Of a stretch of 64,000 bases of DNA, positions 14,217 through 30,767 are shown piece after piece. Position numbers and translations under genes: made by a program. This DNA comes from the human T2T-CHM13v2.0 reference genome, Homo sapiens. Location: the NCBI RefSeq assembly GCF_009914755.1, contig NC_060940.1. One strand, written 5' to 3'. How positions within the stretch are numbered: position 1 is the stretch's first letter; every line of letters begins with the position of its first letter. A model generated the notes under the pieces. The model made no database searches. It was not told where the DNA came from and worked only from the letters and a program-made list of their open reading frames with translations.

Positions 14217-14876
14217 CAGATATGCACTTCTTTTCTACAGAGAGGATGAATTTCCATTTATGACTTTAGTATGAAATTTAAAATTTTTAAAATAATTGTG
14301 TTTAAGTTTTTTTTAAGTGAGTTAATAAAAATACTTTTAAAATAAGTCAATTTTAGTAGAAAAGGCAGACAAACTTAGTAAAGATTTTTTTCTTTTCTTT
14401 CTTTCTTTTTTTTTTTTTTTTTTTTTTTGACACAGGGTCTCACTCTTCCCCAGGCTGGAGTGCAGTGGCATGATCTGGGTTCACTGCAACCTCCACATCC
14501 TGGGATCAAGCCATTCTTGTGCCTCAGCCTTCCGAATAGCTGACATTAGAGGTGTGTGTCACCATACCTGGCTAATTTTTGTATTTTTAGTAGAGATAGG
14601 GTTTCTCCATGTTGGCCAGGCTGGTCTCAAGCTCTTGGCCTTAAGTGATCTGTCCACCTTAACCTCCCAAAGGGCTTACAGGTGGGAGCCACTGCACCCG
14701 GTCCAGATATGTACTTGTTTTCTATAGAGGGGATGAATTTCCATTTATGACTTTGGTATGAAGTTAAAATATTTTAAAATAATTGTGTGTAAGTTTTTTT
14801 AACGGAGTTAATAAAAATATTTTTAAAAAATAAGTCAATTTTAGTAGAGGAGGCAGAGAAACTTGGTAAAGATCTT
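14217..14876 (-). mobile_element. Antisense Alu (about 14389-14703) flanked by ~172-bp direct repeats (14217-14388 and 14704-14876)
   Basis: cagatatg..ggatgaatttccatttatgacttt..aataagtcaattttagtaga..gtaaagat is present on both sides, abutting the Alu ends. Confidence 0.92.
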
Positions 14877-15889
14877 AAAGCTGGTTGGGAGACAAGTCAC
14901 GTTTGGGTGGATGGTCTTAGGCAGTGCATCATAATCTGGTCTTACCCTACCTTTCCCCTTTTTTCTTTTATATGACTCCATGAATTTTACTCCCCCTCTC
15001 CAGCAATAATAGCCATCAAATCAGGAACGTAAGTGCTTAGTTGTATTTTCCACAATATACGTTAAAACAAATACAAAGCCATAAAGGTGAAACCATCATA
15101 CATCCATGGACTACCTAAAATGATCTCCTACCCATTTTGGGAAACACGGCCGTTTGGAAATTTATCTGGCCCCTGTCCCTCGCCTGGGAATCCTTAACAT
15201 CTGGCACTGTGGATTATCCACAGAAACATCTCTGGCAATAGAGTTGCTCCTGGCATAGAGTGGGCATCATTAAGTGTTTGTTCAGAAATAAAAGGACAGT
15301 GAGATGCCAACCGTAACATTTAATAGCTTAGGCACTGGTGTGTTGAAGCCACATGCTCAGTACAGTTCAAAGATGATAGATCTTAGGGTTTCCCTGCATA
15401 TGGTTAGCGGTAGAAACATACCACAAAACACGACCTTACCTACAGTGGAGCGATCCCCTGATGTGGGGATTCCGACTAATGAGTCTGGGGGGCAAGCCGA
15501 GTTCTTCCAAGCAGAAAGCAAGCAAGTGAAATCTCTCTCTCACTTACTTCTCTCTCTGTGGCCAATGCCATCTGCTAGCTTTAAAAATAATTTTTAAAAC
15601 AAGTGTTTTGGTTCTCTTCAACGTGCAGCAAAGACAGATGCTATTTTTAGGCTTGTTTTCTATTAAAAAAAAAAAAAAAGCCAAAGAACCAGGGGCTGGG
15701 TGTCGGCAGTTCTGGCTTACTGTCTGCATTTTGCCACCAACTTGTATGTGACCTTTTGGCAAATCTCCTATGCCTTGGACCCTGAGAATATAAGTGATCA
15801 TTTCACCTCCTTTTCTCATTAGACATGTTGAGAGGGTGAAGCAGTATTGGTCTGAGAAATAAAAACCATTTTCTAAAAATTAGTCAGTG

Positions 15890-16102
15890 TGGGCAACATG
15901 GCAAAACCCTGTCTCTACAAAAAATACAAAAATTAGCCAAGTGTGGTTGTGTGAACCTGTAGTCCCAGCTACTGGAGAGGCTGAGACAGGAGGATTACTT
16001 GAGCCTGGGAGGTTGAGGCTGCAGTGAGCAGAGATCACGCCATTGTACTCCAGACTGGGCGACAGAGTGAGACCCTGCCACAGAAAAAAAAAAACAAAAA
16101 AA
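15890..16102 (+). mobile_element. 5'-truncated Alu
   Basis: Begins at tgggcaacatggcaaaaccc and ends in an A tail. Confidence 0.85.
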
Positions 16103-17060
16103 TTGGTTAACTTGTGCTCTCCTGTAACCTGCCAGCTTCTGTCTTGATGTACCACTAAATCTCCATGTTCCTTCTCTCCCATCCTGGACTGGAAGCTCTT
16201 TGAGGGGAGGACACATCCACACATCCATACAATGTCTAGCTCAGAACCTTTCACACAAGATGTACCCACTGGAGGCAGCATCATGAGGGGTTGAGAGTGT
16301 AGAGTCTGGAACCCAATGCCTAAGGTTCAGACCCTGGCTTTGCAGCAGCTTATCAGCTGAGAGACCACTGGCAAGTTACTTACCCTTTCTGAGCTTCAAC
16401 TTTCTCCTCTTTAGAAGGGAGAGAATGATTATACTTGTCACATTGAGTTTTGTAGAGGGACAAGTGAGACAAAATATGTAAAGCATTCAGCTCATCACGT
16501 GGTAAGTACCCAAGAAAGCTTAATTTCATTATTGTTGTTGTTATAATTATTAGGCACTCCCACATTTGATAAATGCACATATGACTGTTACATATAAGAT
16601 AAAGTTCTATGTGCTGTATGGAAGATTTTTTTAAATGGTGAATTAAATGCTTGTTATATGGCCAGCATCATGTTAGACACTCTACACATGTGTCCTTGTT
16701 TAATATTCTGTGGGCAAGTGAAAAATGTCCCATCTACAGGTGAAGAGAAAGCCCAAAATTAGATTAAATAACTGCTCAGTGTTGCAGTTAGTAAGTAGTG
16801 CAACAAGACTTCAAATACTGTATTGACTTAAAAGGTGAAATCTTTGCTTCACTTTCCCACCACCTCTTCTCCCGGTTTTATAGCCCCTCACAATAGCTTT
16901 GCAACTTTTGACAGCAAGTCACCTTTTACGTTGTGACTCAGCCATAGCAACATATAAATATAACCAAAACATATATTCCACAAAAAGTACTTAGTGGTGT
17001 TCTGTGCAGCATGCACTGATAATTTCCATTTCATCATTTCATTATTTTTCTTTCTTCTTC

Positions 17061-17062
<2 letters not shown>

Positions 17063-17092
<30 letters not shown>

Positions 17093-17381
17093 GAGACAGT
17101 TTCACTCTGTTGCCTGGGCTGGAGTGCAGTGGCACCACCATGGCTCACTATAGCCTTGAACTCCTGGGCTCAAGCGATCCTCTTGCCTCAGCCTCCCGAG
17201 TAGCTGGGACTACAGGTGCTCACCACCATGCCTGGCTATTTTTTTTTTTTTTTTTTTTTTGGTAGAGGCAGAGTCTTGCTATGTTCCCCAGGCTGTTCTC
17301 AAACTCCTAGCCTCAAGTGATTTTCCTGTCTCGGCCCTGCCAAAGTTCTGGGATTACAGGAGCCAGCCACCATGCCTGACC
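17063..17381 (-). mobile_element. AluJ-like
   Basis: Poly-T followed by an antisense dimer with an expanded linker. Confidence 0.9.
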
Positions 17382-18161
17382 TCTTTTTTCTATTATTTTT
17401 TTTTAAGTTGATCATGACCCACCAAATTGATTCAATCATCAATTAAAGTGAGATACAACTTGAGTTTGGAAAACACTTGTCTGGCTTCAATACTCAGGCA
17501 GTATTGCCAGGACATCTCATTTTCATCACATTTACAGTTTGCAGCCCTGTGTATGTTTCATTCCAGCCCCTCAGTCAGTCTGTTAGAGATTATCGCATAT
17601 GTTATCCTCATTTTATAAATGAAGATATCAAGGCTCAGGGATGTAAAATGGTCTTGCCAAGCCTCCCCAGTAGTCAGAAAACGTGGAGTCAGAGCTTTGA
17701 TTCCAACCTTCTGACTGTATGAATGCTGCTTTGGAGACCCAGTAACTCCTGCTGCCTCGAGGATCACCCATTTATTCACTTAATTAATGTATATTGATGG
17801 CTCGCTTTGGTCAGGCATGGTGCTGGGCTGTTGGTACACAGCGGTAAACAAATTTTACATGGCTCCTGGATTTGTGGAACGTTCAGTCACATTTCGCATT
17901 AGTCCATTTCTTTCAGAGTGAGACCCCGAACCTTTGTGTTAGCCTACGTGACCTTACATGATGCGTCCCTCAGCACCACCCTGGGCTCATCTCCTACCCT
18001 GTCCCCCTTCTTCTTTCTTCTCCAAGCACATGAGGTGTGCTCTAGCCTCAGGGCCTTCGCACAGCCTGTTTCTCCGCCTGGTAAGCTCTCACTCTCAATA
18101 CCTGCATAGCTGCTTTCGTCATCTCCTTCAAGTCTTTGCTGAAGGATCGCCTTCTAAATAA

Positions 18162-18676
<515 letters not shown>

Positions 18677-19574
18677 TGAAAGACAAAGGCCAGGAATTTT
18701 TGTTGGTTTTGTTCACTGCTCTATCCTCAGCACCCATCTATAACCTGGTACCTAGTAGGACTCTGTAAATTTGTTTTTACTTGAATAGATAGATGAAATA
18801 AATAACCATCAAGTTCAAAATATAATTAACAAATTATGATGTGGTCAGAGATTAAAAAAAGAAAAGAAAAGAAAAAAGCCCACAGGCTTTCATGAAAGAG
18901 TATAACGGCAGACCTAATTTAGATTGGGTGGGTTAGAGGAAGTGACTTTTTTAGGCTGAGAACATAAGAGGGACTTCAGTTCCCAAATTCGTTAGCGCAG
19001 ACTCTGCCATTGCAAGCCAAAGGAACGTAGCGTAAAGGAGAGATTTCACCCAAGCAGAAGTCTCTAAGAAGAGATAAAGTGATTCATTCATTCATTTAGC
19101 AAACACCCTCTGATGGAAGGAGAGAAACGAGTCACATATTGGTGTTGCCCAAGGGCCAAAACACACATCTGACTTATTTAATTCCAGCAACATCACTGAG
19201 GTTCTACTATTATCTCCTCTTGACACACAAGGAAACCCAGGTGTTGAATAACTTCTCCAAATACATCCAGCTATTAAGAGACAGAGCTGGATTTCCAAAT
19301 GAAGTATCTTTGGCACCAAAGCTTGTGCCCTTTCCCTCTCTGGGCACCTGCTATGTGCTAGTTGTGCTATCAGAAACAGGGCTTACACAGCCAACAAGGG
19401 CATAGCCCCTGACTTGAAGAAGTTCACAATATCCCTTGAAAGACATGCTGAAAAACTTCCCTGATTAGGACACAGATTTTTTTTTGTCCCCAGTTCTTTT
19501 ACTTCTGGACATGCCTTCCTAGATTACTGTTTTTCAAACCTTGATAATTCATCTTTTTGTTTTTGATAGCCACT

Positions 19575-20108
19575 ATGTTATCTATTGGTGAGTACCTCAA
19601 AATTCAGTGGCTTAAAACAATAAGCATTTATTATCTCAGTTTCTGTGGGGCAGGAATTTGGGAATGCTTTACCTAGTTGATCTGGCTCTGGGTCTCAAAG
19701 GAAGCTGCACTCAGATTGCCAGCTGGAATTTTAGTCATCTGAAGCCTTGTCTCGAGTGAAGGATCTGTTTCCAAGGTGATTCTCTCACAGGACTGGAGTT
19801 GGTGCTGGCTGCTGGCAGGAGGCCTCAGTTCTTTGCCAAATGTACCTTCCCATAGTACTGCTTGAGCATCCTCATGGCATGGCGGCAGGCTTCCCAAAAA
19901 GCAAGTGATCTGAGAGAGAGCAGGGTGGAAGTTGTAGGTCTTTTACGCGCTACTCCTGGAAGTCATTCATTGTCATTTTTGCAGTATCCAATGGGTTACA
20001 CAGGTCAGTCCTATTCATTAGGGGAAGGTACTACACAAGAACATAAATACCAAGAGACTGAAAAATCACTGTGGGTGGGGGGAGCATCATAAAGGCTGGC
20101 TACTACAG
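19575..20108. mobile_element. MLT1-family (MaLR) LTR
   Basis: caaaattcagtggcttaaaacaataagcatttattatctcagtttctgtggggcaggaatttggg...ggctggctactaca. Subfamily not determined. Confidence 0.7.
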
Positions 20109-20249
20109 CTATCTATCACCTGTAACATTATTTACTTAATATTTTCCACTTTTTGTTAAAATCAGCCTTATCCTAAACAATAATATCAGTTAAGTCACAA
20201 GATTAATATGCTAATTGTATTTTCCAGCAAAAACAAATATAAACTTGTA

Positions 20250-20571
<322 letters not shown>

Positions 20572-20710
20572 TAATTATTAATGAAAAAAATTATCTGTGT
20601 ATCACCTATGCTCACTTGCGTAGTTCCAGTGACACAAACCTTACCCTTGGGGAAACAGGAAGCCCAGCAAACAGGGATCTGTCAGAGAGCCCTGGTAGTT
20701 TTCATCATAA

Positions 20711-20884
<174 letters not shown>

Positions 20885-21089
20885 TAAGTGAGAACTAGTG
20901 CTGTGCTTTCTCCTTGGGATAAATGGGTAGGTTAGTGGTTCCTTTGAGGGTGTTTTTTTGCCAAAGAGGGATCTTTAAACACCTCGGGCATCTTTTTGAA
21001 AAAATATTTAGCCAGGGAAGAAAGGTGTTCTGCTTAATATGAGATACTTCTTTTTTTTCTGACACCAGCTAAGAACCTGAAGCTCAGAC

Positions 21090-21250
21090 AGACACCATGG
21101 CTCATACCTGTAATCTCAGTGTTTTGGGAGGCTGAGGTTGGAGGATCACTTGAGCTCAGGAGTTAGAGGCCAGCCTGGGCACCATGACGAGATCTCGTCT
21201 CTATAAAAAATAAAAAACTTAGCTGGGCATGGTGGCGCACAGCTGTAGTC
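21090..21250 (+). mobile_element. Partial Alu (left arm)
   Basis: ggctcatacctgtaatctcag...gctgggcatggtggcgcac. Confidence 0.8.
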
Positions 21251-22549
21251 TCTCCTAAAAATAAAACAAAACTCAAAGCTCTAAAACCACAGCTATTTAT
21301 TTATTTCTAATTCATGTCCCTGACTGCTTAGAAAGGCCCTATATCTTCCTTGGGGATTATCATTGTAGATTTTATGTGTCCATTTGCTAATATTTATTGA
21401 GAACTTACTATAAGCCAGGCCCTAAGTGCTTAACAAACATCGTCTCACTTAACCTTGAGAATAACTCTGGGAGGGAGATGCTACCATCCCTGCTTTACAA
21501 ACAAGGAAATGGAGATGCAAGGTTTTGAAAGCTTGCCCAAAATCATGGAGCTAGTAAGAAGCAGTTCCCAAATTCTGACCCCGGTTTTTCTTTGCCCATG
21601 TTCTTTATCTTACACCACTCTCCGTCTTAGATGCCTTCACTCCATGGGGGTGAAGGATCAAGGTGCTCGGTGGCAATGGTCTGTGGTTCCTGTGATGGGG
21701 AGACTGATTCTGGGTTGTTGGAAATGTGTTTCCTCTGCTGAGTCAATTCCATCCCCTTCGGTTCAAAAGGCAGCTACAGTCTCTTCTTTTTAGAACACAG
21801 ATTTCATCATGTCATTCCCCTGCTTAGGAACATGGCAAGTTATAGGAATTAGCAATGATAACCTCTCCTGGGGAGTTTTCTAAGATCTTATTGCCTCTCC
21901 AGAGAGCCCCCAGAGCTCATCTAGAACCCCACCTTGTCATACTAGAGGCTTGGTGGCTCCTACCCAGTTCAGCTTGCCCCCTCTCCTCCCACCTGGACAG
22001 GTTGTGAGCACTATGTTCTGATAGGATTTGCATTATTCTTGTGCTTCCAAATCTAGCCATTTGTATCTCCTGGCATGACTCTAATAGGACTAGCTTTGCT
22101 TTTACTTCTAACATCTAATTGACCACAGGCTTTAATTCCATTGTCACACAAGACATGTCAAGACACTTTACATAGTTCCCCAAAGCCCTGCCCAACCTTT
22201 GTGGCATAACTGGGCTTCCCAGTTCTCTTGAAACCTCTTTCTTTCTGTGCTGACCTTCAATAAGAGGTTACACTTTAGACAGATGTTGTTTCTTATTCCA
22301 GCTGCGCCATTCATTCACTATATAACTTGCCCAAGTTAATCTCTCTAACCCTCAGTTTCCTCATTTGAGGAATGGGGAGATACTAGTAGGACCTACCTTA
22401 CAGGATTGTTATTAGGATTAAGTCAGGTAATGCCTAAAATGGTGCTGGGGAGATGGTAAACCTTCAACAGATGTTAGCTGCTATTGTTAAGATAATTTAA
22501 CTTGCTATATAGTCTGAAAGTATAATTCTCTCTTTTTTGGGGGGGTGGG

Positions 22550-22749
22550 GGACAGGGTCTCACTCTGTTGCTCAGACTGGAATGCATTGGTCCTGACCAT
22601 AGCTCACTGCAGCCTTGATCACCTGGGATCAAGCGATCCTCTTGCCTCAGCCTTCCGAGTAGCTGGGATCACAGGCATGTGCCACCACACCCAGTTATTT
22701 TTTTTCTTTTATTTTTAGTAGAGACAAGGTCTCACTATGTTGCCCAGCT
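22550..22749 (-). mobile_element. Partial Alu
   Basis: gacagggtctcactctg...ctatgttgcccag. Confidence 0.8.
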
Positions 22750-23039
22750 AGTGAAACTATAATCCTTCATCCAGTTCATCATATCCCATGTCCCCTTCTC
22801 CACTATACAATTGCTGAACTTCTGCCTACCCCCAGTTTGTCCTTAAGGCAACCCCATCACCCTCTAAACCACCCTTTGAATCCATCTGTACTTTCAGCAC
22901 TTTATGAGCTATATAGCTGACCATCCATGGGTTCTTTAATGTCCTACACCTAGTTCAATATTGTATTGAATTCTGAGCATTGCCAAGCATATGGTGTCCT
23001 TGAGTTTCTCCATCGCTTTTTTTTTTTTTTTAATTTCAG

Positions 23040-23102
23040 ATTTTACGCTGCAGAAATTGCCATCGGTCTGTTCTTCTTACAGAGTAAGGGCATCATTTAC
23101 CG
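23040..23102 (+). CDS. PRKCB: PRKCB coding exon (about exon 12), (V)FYAAEIAIGLFFLQSKGIIY(R)
   Basis: Poly-T tract then aatttcag|A TTT TAC ... TAC CG|gtaagt. 63 nt, phase 2/2. Confidence 0.98.
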
Positions 23103-24211
23103 GTAAGTGAACACTGCTGTACTTTCCATCTCTTCATCTCCCTCAGCTCCTCCCTGCCCTGCCTCTTTCTTCAGCTGCTTTTAAAATTAGAATCCGCGGT
23201 GGGGGAGGAATCCTCCAGAACTAACTTGGGCATGTGTTCTGCCAGGCAGCATCGCCCACTGCCCTGGCAAAGTTTGGGCAGCTCTATATGGTGGTAGAAA
23301 ATCTCGGTGGACTGTGTCACCAATGATGGTTCAGAGCCTCAAACAGGAGACTGTTTGCTCTAAGAGGAGACTCACAGAGAGGACCTCAGTACTTCTTTCT
23401 CTTGCTTGTGGACCCTACATTTGAGGAGCAGGCAAAGAATTTTGGCTGGCAGAATGTGATGGATCACATTATTATGAAACATTTTTTATTTATTTATTTT
23501 TTTCTGCTATGTAAGTACAACTTGGAAATGGATCTCTGAGTGGCTGCCCTGAAAGACAGGATTAAGTTCAGGACTTGGCATTTGCTGGTTTTTGGAGGAG
23601 CAAATGGATGATCATAGCTGCATGAGTCATACCATTTTATATTTCATGCAAGGCAGACGATTGCACCCGAGGCTGCTATTTGTCAGCAAGTCCAGGGCGT
23701 ACAATTCTCCTTGTACTACATTGATGCAAATGGCATAGCCAGGGCAGGCTTGGGCTGGTTTGTTATGCAAGAGAGGCTGCAAGGTATGAGGCCTCCAAAT
23801 AGCATTTGGCATGGGTGGGGGTCTATTTCAAAGATTATGAAGAACCACAAGAGTCTCTTCCATTCATGTGTTTGACACACATTTATCAAATCCTACTATA
23901 TTCTAGGCACTCTTCTGGGTGGTGGGCATACAGAAGTGAATAAAACAGATGAAACCCCTTGCCCCCGTGGAGTTTATCTTTCTCATGGTGGGAGTTAGAT
24001 AAGTGAATCATAAAAACATAGTCTGCCAAGTAGTGATAAGTACTATGGAGATAAATCAAGCAGGGGAGGGTGCTGGTGTACACTGGGTGTTGGAGGGTTC
24101 TCTCTCATTCTGTAGAGAGCATGATGATGAGGGCCTGGAGAGTTAGGGGTGACTTGAGAGTCCTGGGCCTTTTGCCTTAACTGCGGGATATGGGATTAAA
24201 AGGCATGAGGG

Positions 24212-24515
24212 GGCTGGGCACAGTAGCTAGCACCTGTAATCCCAACGCTTTGGGAGGCTGAGGCAGGAGGGGTGCTTCAAGCTAGGAGCTCCAGACCAGC
24301 CTAAGCAACATAGTGAGGCCCACATCTCTAAAAATAAAATAAAATTAGCCAGGTGTGATGGTGCATACCTATAGACCTAGCTACTCAGGAGGCTGAGGTG
24401 GGAGGATCAATTGAGCCCAGGAATTCAAGGATGCAATGAGCTGTGATCATACTACTGCATTCCAGCCTGCGTGACACAGCAAGACCCTGTCTCAAAAAAA
24501 AAAAAAAAAAAAAAA
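24212..24515 (+). mobile_element. AluJ-like
   Basis: Dimer plus poly-A; TSD-like aaaaggcatg. Confidence 0.9.
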
Positions 24516-24829
24516 GGCATGTTAAGATTAGCCCTGGTAAGTACAAGGCAGATAGCGGAGGCCAGGCTATGGGATGCTGGTAGGATGGAGAAATGGGAAG
24601 TGGGGACCTTGTCAGAGGCTTTCAGAGTCCTGGGGCTTTTAGTCACACCTGAAGTGGTGATATGGAATCTATAGGGGGAAGGATGATCTTATTCTGAGGG
24701 CACAAAGTCCCCGCCATTCCTACTTTCTCCTAATGATGGAGGGAAGAAGGTCAAGAAGAGGAGTGGTTTTACTTGGCATGTGGGTGATCCTAGTGAAAAT
24801 GTAAAAATAGAGAGAAGAAGAAGAATTTA

Positions 24830-24945
24830 GAAGCTGAGGCAAGAGGATCACTTGAGCCCAGGAGTTCGAAACTGCAGTGAGCTATGATTGTGCCACTGCA
24901 CTCCAGCCTGGGCAACAGAGCAAGACCATGTCTCTAAAAAAAGAA
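24830..24945 (+). mobile_element. Alu right-arm fragment
   Basis: gctgaggcaagaggatcacttgagcccagg...; TSD-like aagaagaattta. Confidence 0.8.
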
Positions 24946-25132
24946 GAATTTAAATTTTAAATAGTATGATCATTCTGCCCATGCCCATGTTTGCCCTCAA
25001 TGAACACGTTCACTATGTGTGCATGAAATGGCACATGGAAATCCTCTAATTCCCTTAGTTTCTCTTTTGACTCTCATAGTGACAACATCTTTTTGTGCTG
25101 AATATTATTCTGGTTTTGAAAGGTGCACATGA

Positions 25133-25463
<331 letters not shown>

Positions 25464-28379
25464 CTAAATTCAAGCCGATGACTTCAGCTGGTGCTTAACC
25501 AAAGAGACAGGCATCATGGGTGATTTTTCACTCTACATGATTTTCAACTTGGGTGCTGACATTAGGACCTAACTCCTATGTGGGATGTGCCTCTACTAAA
25601 ATAGAACCAACTGGGTTCTTGAGAAGATTAAATATGGAACTACAAGTTTATTGGAAGAAAATCCACTCCCATTGTAGGAAACAGGAGAGGAAATAATTAG
25701 TGTTCCGGTCAATTGAGTTGTGATTCAGGGCTAGTTTCTAATCAATCAGGAAGCCGCACTGGGATCTGGGATCCATGGATCCGGCTCACTGGCCAGGCAG
25801 GTGGTAAAATTAAAAGATTAGCATTTCAGGTGCTAAGATGATACCTATTCCAAAGCCCCTTTTCCTAAACTAACTACACACTCTCCCTTTCATCTTCCAC
25901 TATTAATATGGTCTTTAAAGGGGTATTTATCAATCTTTTAAGCCAGTCTGCATCTGAACCCTTCTTTTGTGTATGTGGAAGAACAGAGTCAATCTTCTAC
26001 TATAAATAATGAAAATGACAGATACTCATTTCACAGCCCACCTGTAGCCAGGGCAGGCACACAACCCAAGCTCTGACAGTTGGTCATACTTACTCAAGAC
26101 CTTGAATCAGAAACTAGCGGCCAAGGAAGCAGAAAGCATAGAATCAAGAGTGACCATAGTAATTATCAGCAACTACTTTCCAGAGGCAAGAGAAGAGGGT
26201 CTTAATAGCAATAGGCAGAGTCCAGCATTAGGGCTTCGTGGAACAAGGGGTGATGTGTGTGTCCCATGGCAGCTTGGGTGGTGGTGTCACTGGACAAGCC
26301 CTGAGTTGCAGTTAGGCATTGTTTCAGGCTGTATAGACTCTTAATCTGGTTCTTCAGTCTCCTCAAAGATTCTATGAGCTCCCCAATATCCTTTGATGAA
26401 TTCCTTTTCAGGTAAAAATCATCATAGTTGGTTTTTGTTGCTCACCATCGAGAACGCTGATGGAAATAGAGTTCTTGAAATTGATAGTCAAATGGAAATG
26501 GTAAAAAATAAATTACTTGACAAAAGATGTATGGTTTTATCATTTCACAGAGATTGATTTCATAGTGGTAAGATCTTTTAAGATGTTACAAATCACTACC
26601 TCCTTCATCTAAATCTCTACTTAATTGAACAGTTCTTAAGTAAAGAGGATGAAGGATTATGTTAGACTTACCATCTTTAAGGAACTGGAGATGTTGGGTT
26701 GTGGGGTGGGAAGGGAAAAAGATTCTTCCTATCAAACTTAGTGTCTGATTTACTGACCACTGTCTCTGGAATGTGTGTTGGTTTTGCCCTTGATGGTTTT
26801 CTGAAAAATGAAAATAATTTCTCCATCCACCTTTTGAAGCAGAAATGCGGATTTATTACACAGAACAAAAGATTAGGGTGTGATATCAAAACACTGTATG
26901 TGACAGTGAAGATGACAGAGGTGCCCTCCAGCCTCAGGACTGCCTGGCTCTTGGCACCTGAAACTTCTTTTCTATAATAGATGAAGATTTTATCACTTCC
27001 CTAGTCTACCCAGCTGCCTGCTTCTGAGCATGTGGTCGAGCTGAAGGGTTGTCATTTGTCACTATTAGAGAAATCACATATATCACATATAGACCTACCT
27101 AGTAAGTTTATGAAAAGCAAATTGCTGCAAAGCCTGGGTTTTCTGAGTTCCAAACTTTCACACAAATCATGGTGGCTTGTAGATGAGCATGAAGGCTGGA
27201 TATGAGCAGCACCACGGACAGCGCCAAAGGCATGGCGTGTTGGGATTGGCAAACATCAGTGGGCAAGTGCAAGTGGACCTCCCCATCCCTTTGAATAAGG
27301 AGACCCCACAGACACAGATAGGAGATGCCAGGATATAGTTTTCAGATTGTATTCTTTTAGTTGGAAATGATGACAGCAACTCAATTCAAAGTAACTTAGG
27401 TTAAAAGAGGCATTTATTGGTGACATAACTGAAAAATCCAGGTGCAGATCTGACTTTAGGCCTGGATAAATGCAGAGGCTCAAGTGACGTTATGAGGGCA
27501 CATTTTATCACCCTCCCTCTAGGCTCTGCTTTCTCTATATTAGATTGCTTCTTTTCATCTGGTGACCCCTGGAGTTTCTAGACTTCCATAATACCACCTG
27601 AACAACCCCAATGTAAAATGCACTTATCCCTTTCCTGATTATGCCAGCCAAAGTGCCAGCACTAATACTTAACAGCTTTGATTGGCCCAGATTGGATCAC
27701 ATGCCCATTCCTGAATCAATCACTGTGACCAGCAGGATGGAATATTTCCATTGGCTGGGACAGGCCCACTTGACCACTGCTGGAGCCATGTTACATGGAA
27801 GCCATGTTACACCCATGTTACATGGAAGAATTGAAGGAGGGTGGTTCTTCTAAGAAATATTAGAATGCTGTCATCACAAAACACTAGAATAGACAGAACC
27901 ACAGATGCCCACTACCCAATCAAGATGACCGAAGGGAAAGATCTGAATTAAGGAATAGATCCCCCTACCTCTCAGGAAATCGGATTTCCCCATCTTCTAT
28001 TAGGACCGATCCATCTCTCAGCCTTGCTCACTGGTGCAGAAATATAAAGCATTGACATTGGAGTAGGTGTTTAGGGAGGAGGAAAGTGTGTTGATATTGG
28101 AGCAATCTTGTGTGCTAAAGACCTACAACTGTTCCCCAAAATATCAAGCTCTTCTCATCAACACAGATGAAAATAAAAGAGAATACAGCACATATCCTTT
28201 AGGTTAGAGCTCAGATGTCACCGCCTTAGACAGGTCTTTTCTGACTGACACCCTGCTTAAAGTGACTTCCTCCAATCACTATCTTATGTCCTCTTTATTT
28301 TCATCATACCACTTATCAGAATCTGTAATAATCATGCTTACAGAGTAATTGTTATCTTTTTCCCAGCACTGAAATTTAA

Positions 28380-28765
<386 letters not shown>

Positions 28766-29273
28766 AATGTATTTTGATTCAAAGAATTGATGGAAACTCC
28801 TGGGTCATGTCCTAGAAGGTGGCCCAAGAGATCAGGGAACACTTAGCATTAAATATTTCTTTCAATCAGCTTCTTTTTTTCTTTGTAATTTTTAGAGATA
28901 TTTTAAAAAATAATAATTTTCTGAAAAATGTATCTTCTTACAAAATATAAGGAGTCTTTAAGTGGCAAAGGAAAATTCTTGGAATTTTCCTGGATCCAAG
29001 AAGCGTCATGGATGCTCTGCCCTTTGCTTAACTTTCTGTGGATCTCCGTCTTTTCAGAAGTGCTGTCTCTTTGTGTCCTTGTGAGACACTTGGCACAGTT
29101 GGCTGTGTAGAAAAAGAAAAGCACGGAGGCTTGCGGACCTCTTTTTATCTCCCTGCCAGACTGTAAGCTGTTGGAGGTCAAAGGCTGGTTTCTACTGACC
29201 TTTGTGCCCACACAACACCTAACACAGTGTTTTATGCATAATGAGTGGCTGTTGGTTGGCTTGAAATGCATAG

Positions 29274-29483
<210 letters not shown>

Positions 29484-29984
29484 TGATGTACCCTCTGCTC
29501 CCCAGATGGCTGTGTGAGAGCTGGGAAGGGTTGAGGGTGGTACCTTGCAAGGGAACCTCGGACAGATTCTTATTCTATACTCTAAATCCTCCCTTTGAGA
29601 TCACACATGCAAATTAATTTAGCACACATCCAGAAGCCCAAGCCCAAAATACATCAAGGTTTGGGAGAAAATTTAAATAAAACCCAAAAGAACCATCCAA
29701 CACACATCAGTAAAATTCTTCGTCAAACTGTTGTGGCTCACGGCCATGTGATACCGCCTAATTATGACATTGAAATGTTTGTTGAGAGAAAAAGAGCATA
29801 TCCCCTGGGCTGGCATATGACATGGGATCTGTGTCCTGTATATGTCCCTCAGCAGGAAAATGGACAATAGCCCGTGATTTATTTATAGCATGAAATACTA
29901 CCAGGCACCAATTCAGAAGAGTGAGTTAGATATATATGTAGATGTGAAAAGATCTTCAAGACACATTGTTAGAGAAAAAAATCA

Positions 29985-30325
<341 letters not shown>

Positions 30326-30767
30326 AGAAGAATGACAAATAACACTATGATACTATTTATGGATGAAACAGAAATACACAGAACACTGTTCTGTTTTCAA
30401 TGAGTAAAAGCATACAAAAATCTGGAAGATTTCAAACTGATTTTATAACACTGGTTACCTCTGAGGATAAGGGAATTGTAAAGAGAAATTTAGCTATTTC
30501 TGTATACTGCTGACATTTTTTACAAGGTAAATGTATTTGGGTATTACTTGAGTAATAAAGTAATTCTTTAAAAATAATAAGGCTTTACTCGGACCCAGTG
30601 AAGTTTTCCCTATGTGATATGCTTTGGTCTATTATCATTTTGTTAATTAATTAGATAGGACACAATCCATAACACAACTTCCTGATAGGCCAGGGGTTCC
30701 ATAATCTCTGGTTCTCAACTCTAACTGCAGTTTAGAGTCGTGAGGGAGCTTTTACAATGTAGGATGC

